DNA from: a bacterium
GTDB taxonomy: Bacteria; SM23-31
Direction of reading: 5' to 3'
Assembly (NCBI GenBank): GCA_965221205.1
Contig: OZ244870.1
Span: 1,763,241-1,827,240 of the forward strand
DNA length: 64,000 bases
Shown: in pieces, positions 57,796 through 64,000 of the stretch
Numbering within the stretch: the stretch's first letter is position 1
How the letters are laid out: each line of letters opens with the position of its first letter
Made by a program: the position numbers and the translations under genes
The notes under the pieces: generated by a model
Database searches by the model: none
The model's input: only the letters and a program-made list of their open reading frames with translations
What the model was told of the DNA's origin: nothing

Positions 57796-58895
57796 TCACA
57801 TTAATTCTTCTAAACCAGTGTAATATGGATAATGTGTTTTAAGTGCAACACTATCCTCTGCTATTATAACATTTTCACGCATTGTTTTATTTAAACCTTC
57901 AAGAACACATTGGTAATGATAATATTTTCCATCAGAAAATTCATGATGAGAATGTGCAAGAGTGCTAGCTCTTGATCGTGCGTATTTAGTATATTTGCAC
58001 TCACCATTGATAATTTGTGATCTTGAAAAATATGTGCATTCTTTAACACATGAAACTTTTACATTCTTTAGTGCATTTCCAACGATTTTCTACAAGCAGG
58101 ACATCTATCAGAGTTTCTTGAATTGATCGTATCAATTGTGGCGGTTGGAATAGCAGTTTTTAAGGAGAATGATCCAGATTAAATTTCCTTTTTCATTCCA
58201 ACTTCAATTCCATAAATTCTTTTATCATAAGTTATAAGTAAAAAATCAGGAGGGACTAAATGATCATTTAAGCCATATATTTTTTGATGCAATAAAAGAG
58301 GTATTATAAATCCCAAATCATTTCTTAAAAGAAAAATATACGCTAATAATTCATGCCACAACCCACCTGCTGTTTTTGGCAATAAGTTATCAAAATATTT
58401 TGATAACTGCACGGAAGCCGTCGAATCAGGTACACCTAGTATACTTTCAAATTCTCTTAATTCCTTAAACAGAGGTTCATTTTCTATCGATGGAAGACCA
58501 TCAGCTAAAGAATCTAAATATGTATTGCTTCTATTTATATTTATGGTAATTGATTCATAACACATTAATAGATTTACAAAATGAAGAATACCTCGTATAA
58601 AATTTTGCTTTCTATAGGGATTGTTTTTAGATGTGCCAATTGAATAAAATCCTCTGCCTAGTAAAATATATTCAATTATATCTGATAAAACCATTTTTCT
58701 CTCTTCTTGATTGTATAATTGATCAAACAATTTTATATTACCAAATGAAATAAGCATTCCCTCAAGATTTTCGTTATATAAGCCAAAATCCATTTGCTCA
58801 TATGGTAAGTTATAAGACTCTGATTTTATGAAAACGGAATGAAGCGTATTGAGATGAGCACTAGATTTATTAACATTATTATATGCAGGTTCCAT
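57796..58895 (-). pseudogene. Uncharacterised PD-(D/E)xK-like protein with Cys/His-rich C-terminus, inside the RM operon
   Basis: WHELL, PPDFLL, IEVGMKKEI*SGSF (TAA 58179-58181), DRCPAC, then a frameshifted tail ending ...YTGLEELM* at 57796. Confidence 0.65.
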
Positions 58896-58900
58896 AAATA

Positions 58901-60478
58901 CTATAATTCCTTTAAATGAAAAATTATTTCAGAATATACTGCCCTATCTTTTTCTGCCCTGTTTAATACTGGTCTTTTATATTGATTAACTATTTTCATA
59001 CCTGCTATATCAGCAATTTTAGGGTAAAGTCCATGTTTGTCATTAGCAACAAGAAATATGTCGTAATTCTCTTGTAAGTATATTTTTGATTTTACGAGAA
59101 CCTCTGCAATTCCCCTTATATATGACTCCCTAGCTTCTTTTCCTTGACCATGATATAATCTTCCTATTTCAAAATTATCATTTCTCTCAAATCCAAAAAG
59201 ATCATATGAATAAGCGTGTTGTTCATGATAATCGATTAAACCAACATAAGGAGGTGATGAGAATATACCTTTGAATTTTTGTTTTTTTAGAAGTTTGCAT
59301 AGCTCAGGGTTTTTTTTGTCAAGTGCAGAAAAAAAATTAATATTTCTACTATCTCCAGTGAGGCAGACTTGCATAGTATCAGTTCTTAATTTTTGAAATG
59401 TTGACAGTCTTTTACTAGTATCCTTATAGTATCTATTCCACCAATTTCGTATAGTAAAGAGAGGTTTACATATTTTACCATGTTTCTTGCAATAATATGT
59501 ATTGATTACAGGTTCAACTAATGTGGCTAAGTCCGCATGTGTTGTTGCTCTACAGGATCTAATAGTACGACTTAGAGCAATGCTTAAGATTTTTTTTGTA
59601 GATGGGTTTGAAATCGATTTAATTTGATCAAACATAAAATTAATTTCATCTCTAATTACTTGTAAAAACCATTTATCCAGAAAAGAATTATCACTATTTT
59701 GAAGTAACGTTATTTTATATTCATCAATTAAATTTTGATAAATTTTGATAAATTCTTTTTCCTTTCCTAATCCGTATTGTTTTTCATTAATGATTTTTTT
59801 CCGGACTTTATGTTTATATTCAGGAGAGGGAAAATGGAGTTTGTTGAAAATTTTTAATTCTTCAAGTAATTCTTGCTCGAATTCAACATTATTTTTGTCA
59901 TGTTGAAATGTAATAAGATTACGCGTGATTTTTCTCGATTCTTCTAAAATGTCTTGAAAATTATATCGATCAATTTTAACATTGCTAATTAGCGTGTTAA
60001 ATACTGATACATCAACACCAACAGCATGAATACCCAACTCGTTAGCTTGGACTAATGTTGTACCACTTCCACAAAAAGGATCTAATACAATATCATTGGG
60101 GAGGAAAAACACTCTGTTTTTAAATTCATCTGTTTTATCATCTAAGAAGTATTCTACTAACTGAGGAATAAACTTGCCCTTATATGGATGTAGTCGGTGT
60201 ACATGTTTTGTGGTTTCTACCTCTTTACAATCTGAAAATGACAATTTCCAGTTTAAGTCATTTCCTAATTTATTTTTCCATTTTTCTTCTTGAGAAATAT
60301 TATTGGAATCATAGTATATTATCAAATCCGCTTTATTCACCATTGGACTTCCATTATGATCTATATTGGGAATCCGTCCATATTGAACTAGGTAAAAGAT
60401 ATTTGATACAGTTACATTTTTGTTCAAATATGCTGACGCAAATTGACTAGCTTCCTTATAATTTAATAACTCTACCAT
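58901..60478 (-). CDS. DNA methyltransferase (alpha order, SPPY; likely m4C) with N-terminal HTH-like region
   Basis: HRLHPYKGKFIPQL, LDPFCGSGTT, SSPPY. Confidence 0.9.
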   Translation of the reverse strand: MVELLNYKEASQFASAYLNKNVTVSNIFYLVQYGRIPNIDHNGSPMVNKADLIIYYDSNNISQEEKWKNKLGNDLNWKLSFSDCKEVETTKHVHRLHPYKGKFIPQLVEYFLDDKTDEFKNRVFFLPNDIVLDPFCGSGTTLVQANELGIHAVGVDVSVFNTLISNVKIDRYNFQDILEESRKITRNLITFQHDKNNVEFEQELLEELKIFNKLHFPSPEYKHKVRKKIINEKQYGLGKEKEFIKIYQNLIDEYKITLLQNSDNSFLDKWFLQVIRDEINFMFDQIKSISNPSTKKILSIALSRTIRSCRATTHADLATLVEPVINTYYCKKHGKICKPLFTIRNWWNRYYKDTSKRLSTFQKLRTDTMQVCLTGDSRNINFFSALDKKNPELCKLLKKQKFKGIFSSPPYVGLIDYHEQHAYSYDLFGFERNDNFEIGRLYHGQGKEARESYIRGIAEVLVKSKIYLQENYDIFLVANDKHGLYPKIADIAGMKIVNQYKRPVLNRAEKDRAVYSEIIFHLKEL

Positions 60479-60595
60479 ATTATATTATGCAATTCCTTCA
60501 ATTATCTAAGAATATGAAAAAATAGTCAAAATTTATAAAATTCACATTAGTAGAATTAATCAGAGAATGCATCATAGTCAAGCAATATTTTTCAA

Positions 60596-61314
60596 GGTAC
60601 TTAGGTTATTTTCGGGTCACGTGTTACAGTATACTTAGGATGGAAGAAAAAGTCACTAGATTAATTGTTGGTACATCATGTCCCTTTTGTTCTGGGGAGC
60701 GTCTGTACCATTTGCGTGCTAATCGTTTTACAGGTAATGGATGTTTTTGTAAAGAGAGCCCGAAGCGGTTCAAGGACGATCATTCCTACTGCTGCATTAT
60801 GTTTCTTTGGAGATACCTGCCAATAAAGCTGTCAGGGGTTTTGGTTTTGGCTCCACGACGGTGCGAGGCACATAGATGCTTTATCGACAGGAGATTTATG
60901 ATTTCAGAAAGTGAGAAGACTTTCCGGCGAGATAGAATGTGATGCACGCTGCTTTGGTGGGAAACGTACGGAAACCAGCGGTCGCGGCAGTACCGGTACA
61001 ATAAAGGTTTTCGGCATGGTGGAACGTCACGGGAAGCTATTTACTACGATGTGACTGCCGCTTGATGAACGAGATCAGGGACACCGCTGAGCAAGGGAGC
61101 GTCTTCTCCACTGCTCCGTTCCGTTCGTATACATCGCTGCAGTTTTTTGGTAAACAGCGTACGGTCGATCATAACACATACAGTACCATGGTGTTAGCAA
61201 AAATCATTACCTGGTATACCGCAAGAAAATAGAATGGAGATACAATTACAGAAACCAAAATCAATACCATCCTTTAATCAAAATTCACGTTAGTCCGCTT
61301 TTGACCTAATTACC
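60596..61314 (+). mobile_element. IS1595-family element copy 3, inactivated, about 70-bp internal deletion
   Basis: Ends ggtacttaggtt / gacctaattacc; lacks the NGxEGFWS segment; flanks tttttcaa / ttaattaa do not form a TSD. Confidence 0.93.
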
Positions 61315-61439
61315 TTAATTAAATAGAGAAAGAGCTATAGAGTGCTGTTTTGCGTGGATAATTACATCGCAGTTTGTTATACTACGTTCTCATATTATAA
61401 AGAAAGTTATCAAGAATGTATAAATTAGTATTGTAAACT

Positions 61440-63260
61440 ATGACAACACACGAACACAGCTATACAGAAGAAGAACGTTTGAACAAAGCCTATGATGGCC
61501 GGTTAATACGCCGTCTCCTGGCTTATCTGAAACCGTATAAGAGAAAAGTAATCCTTGCAGCTCTGTTTTTGCTGGCTACTTCACTTTTTGCTCTGACACA
61601 ACCGCTGATAACACAGTATGCAATCGATCATTATTTTATGTCGGGTAATATGTCAGGATTGACCTTTATTACTATCATTTTCCTTGCACTCTCAGCGATT
61701 AACTTTTTCTTTGAATATCTCCATTTCTATATCATGCAGATGACCGGCCAATATATAATGTACAATATGAGAAAACAGATATTCAGCCATTTGCAGGGTA
61801 TGCAATTATCATTTTTTAATAAAAACCCGATTGGCCGGCTCGTTACCCGCTTGACAAGTGACATAGATGCGCTGAATGAAATGTTTACATCTGGTGTTGT
61901 GACTATTCTTGGAGATTTACTACTGCTTGTGGGACTTGTATCGCTCATGCTCTACTACGATGTCAGACTGGCTCTCATAACGTTATCAGTCATGCCGCTG
62001 CTTTTTATAACAGCGTTTATTTTCAAAAAGAAAGTACGTGAAAGTTTCAGAAATATCAGAGTCTTCATTGCAAAGATAAATTCGTTCTTGCAGGAAAATA
62101 TTACAGGAATGAAAATTGTTCAACTTTGCAACCGGGAAGATAAAAATTACCGGCAGTTTGAACGGATCAACGAAGATCATCTGAAAGCCTACATGAAGAC
62201 AATTTTGTATTTCTCGATCTTTTTCCCAACCGTAGAAGTGTTGAGCGCTGTTGCTATTGCCCTGATTATATGGTATGGCGGGGTATTCATCCTTTCAAAT
62301 GATCTTACTTATGGACAGCTTGTTGCATTCATCTTTGCTGCGCAGCGGTTTTACCGGCCGATCCAGGATTTGAGTGAAAAATATAATGTATTGCAGTCTG
62401 CTATGGCATCTTCTGAGCGGGTTTTTAAGCTGCTTGATACGGTTGATGAAATCTCCGAAGATGAAAATGCGGTCGAATTTTCTGACGTAAAAGGTGAGAT
62501 CAAGTTTAGAAATGTGTGGTTTGCTTACAAGGAGGAAGATTGGGTATTGCGAGATGTATCGTTTTCAGTGAAACAGGGCGAAAAGGTAGCGATTGTTGGC
62601 GCGACCGGAGCAGGAAAATCGACGATCATCAATCTTCTAAGCAGATTATATTCCATTCAACAGGGAGAGATAATTGTTGATGGATTGAATATAGAGAAAG
62701 TGACAAAACATTCGCTCCGGCGTAACATAGGGGTTGTTTTGCAGGATGTTTTTCTATTTTCCGGTACGGTACGTGAAAATATAACCCTTGGCAATCTCGA
62801 ATTCACTGATGAAGAGCTCATTAATGCAGCAACGGATGTCTATGCTCATCAGTTTATTACCAAACTTGAAAATGGATATGACGAAGAAGTCCGAGAGAGG
62901 GGAAGTAATTTTTCAACCGGTCAAAAACAGCTTATATCATTTGCCCGGGCACTCATATATAATCCGAAAATATTAGTTCTTGATGAAGCAACATCAAATA
63001 TCGACACCGAAACAGAGCTGCTGATTCAGCAAGCGCTTAACAGGCTTATGCAAAACAGAACATCAATTATTGTTGCTCACCGTTTATCAACAATTAAGCA
63101 TGTCGATCGGATTATTGTCATTCATAAAGGGAAAATTCGTGAAGAGGGCTCCCACAGCGAACTTCTCGAACAAAAAGGACTTTACTTCAAATTATATCAA
63201 TTGCAGTACCGTGAGCAGGAAAGTGAAGTTAGTGCTATTGTTAACGGGATTACACAGTGA
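61440..63260 (+). CDS. ABC exporter, fused permease/ATPase (MsbA-like)
   Basis: TM domain, GATGAGKS, FSTGQKQ, LVLDEATS, AHRLST. Confidence 0.96.
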   Translation: MTTHEHSYTEEERLNKAYDGRLIRRLLAYLKPYKRKVILAALFLLATSLFALTQPLITQYAIDHYFMSGNMSGLTFITIIFLALSAINFFFEYLHFYIMQMTGQYIMYNMRKQIFSHLQGMQLSFFNKNPIGRLVTRLTSDIDALNEMFTSGVVTILGDLLLLVGLVSLMLYYDVRLALITLSVMPLLFITAFIFKKKVRESFRNIRVFIAKINSFLQENITGMKIVQLCNREDKNYRQFERINEDHLKAYMKTILYFSIFFPTVEVLSAVAIALIIWYGGVFILSNDLTYGQLVAFIFAAQRFYRPIQDLSEKYNVLQSAMASSERVFKLLDTVDEISEDENAVEFSDVKGEIKFRNVWFAYKEEDWVLRDVSFSVKQGEKVAIVGATGAGKSTIINLLSRLYSIQQGEIIVDGLNIEKVTKHSLRRNIGVVLQDVFLFSGTVRENITLGNLEFTDEELINAATDVYAHQFITKLENGYDEEVRERGSNFSTGQKQLISFARALIYNPKILVLDEATSNIDTETELLIQQALNRLMQNRTSIIVAHRLSTIKHVDRIIVIHKGKIREEGSHSELLEQKGLYFKLYQLQYREQESEVSAIVNGITQ

Positions 63261-63384
63261 ATATTCAAACCGTAAAATTGTATTGTTAGTGCAATGTATT
63301 AGGACTCTGCATTATAATTCATTTATGATTACAGTTGTAAATTTCTACATAATTCTAGTTCGAATCAGATTTACAGGAGGAGTG

Positions 63385-64000
63385 ATGAAGCGTTTTTTTC
63401 AAGGTTTTTTTGTTTTGTTTCTGTTAGCGGGAAGTGCAGATGCTCAACAAATTTTATCCCTGCAAGAATGCATCAATATTGCATTTGATAACAATTCTCA
63501 GATTCTCAACGCTACTCATGAACTCAATACAACAGAAGCACAAAAGCTCGCATCATACAATAATATTCTGCCCAGTATCAGTCTCAGCGGCGGTCCCAAC
63601 AGGTCGCATAGAGGTCCTTCTATAGATGTTGGTTACGGTCCAATAGGCCAAAATGAACAAACAGGTGAGATAATATATGGTAAAACTGTCCAGACTTCAC
63701 CGTCTAATACTGTGACGTCTTATAGCTTTGGACTCAGCCTGAACCAGACGATATGGGACCAGGGCAGAATGTGGCGGAATATTCAACAGGCTGAATCGAA
63801 CGTACGGTCTTCGCAGTTAAAGATAGTAGCGACAAGGATGACATTGATTGCGGATGTCAAGGCGAAGTTTTATGATCTGGCAAAAGTGCTGGAGCAGCGT
63901 GAAGTACGGGTAGAGTCGGTCAGCCGGGCTGAAGAGCAGTTAAGCCAATCTGTAGCAAAATACAAAATCGGCACTGTTGCTCAAATAGATATTTTCAGGT
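63385..64000 (+). CDS. TolC family outer-membrane protein (runs off window)
   Basis: GGAGG RBS, MKRFFQGFFVLFLLAGSADAQQILSLQECINIAFDNN..., LSLNQTIWD; open to the window end. Confidence 0.85.
   Translation, partial: MKRFFQGFFVLFLLAGSADAQQILSLQECINIAFDNNSQILNATHELNTTEAQKLASYNNILPSISLSGGPNRSHRGPSIDVGYGPIGQNEQTGEIIYGKTVQTSPSNTVTSYSFGLSLNQTIWDQGRMWRNIQQAESNVRSSQLKIVATRMTLIADVKAKFYDLAKVLEQREVRVESVSRAEEQLSQSVAKYKIGTVAQIDIFR

Noticed and set aside
1-64000. Frameshifts as long-read sequencing errors
   Set aside because: Long genes with homopolymers (nuoL-N, SSS, methylase, ABC exporter) are intact, and the lesions include substitutions and multi-codon deletions clustered in accessory genes.

Overview
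A ~40-45% GC bacterial chromosome segment, probably FCB superphylum (KSB1/Calditrichota/Latescibacterota-like, inferred from C-terminal 'LEQN(Y/F)PNPFN' sorting domains). It opens with the intact end of a nuo operon (nuoJ-N) plus a ferredoxin and closes with an ABC exporter and TolC. Between them lies about 55 kb of heavily eroded accessory DNA. This includes a decayed integrative element at tRNA-Sec (integrase, excisionase, S24 repressor, stacked cargo genes), many pseudogenes broken by nonsense codons, frameshifts and gene-fusing deletions, chemotaxis remnants, a GC-mosaic LRR/cadherin adhesin, a ParA/Xis/KAP-NTPase remnant and an AT-rich type II RM locus. It also holds three ~0.72-0.79 kb copies of an IS1595-family element. 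The most unusual signal is in those IS copies: almost every deviation from the family transposase motifs is explained by an A>C or T>G transversion, whereas nonsense codons in single-copy pseudogenes look like C>T/G>A transitions. This suggests an IS- or repeat-directed hypermutation process, which is a hypothesis only. All family assignments are by-eye motif recognition; no searches were run.
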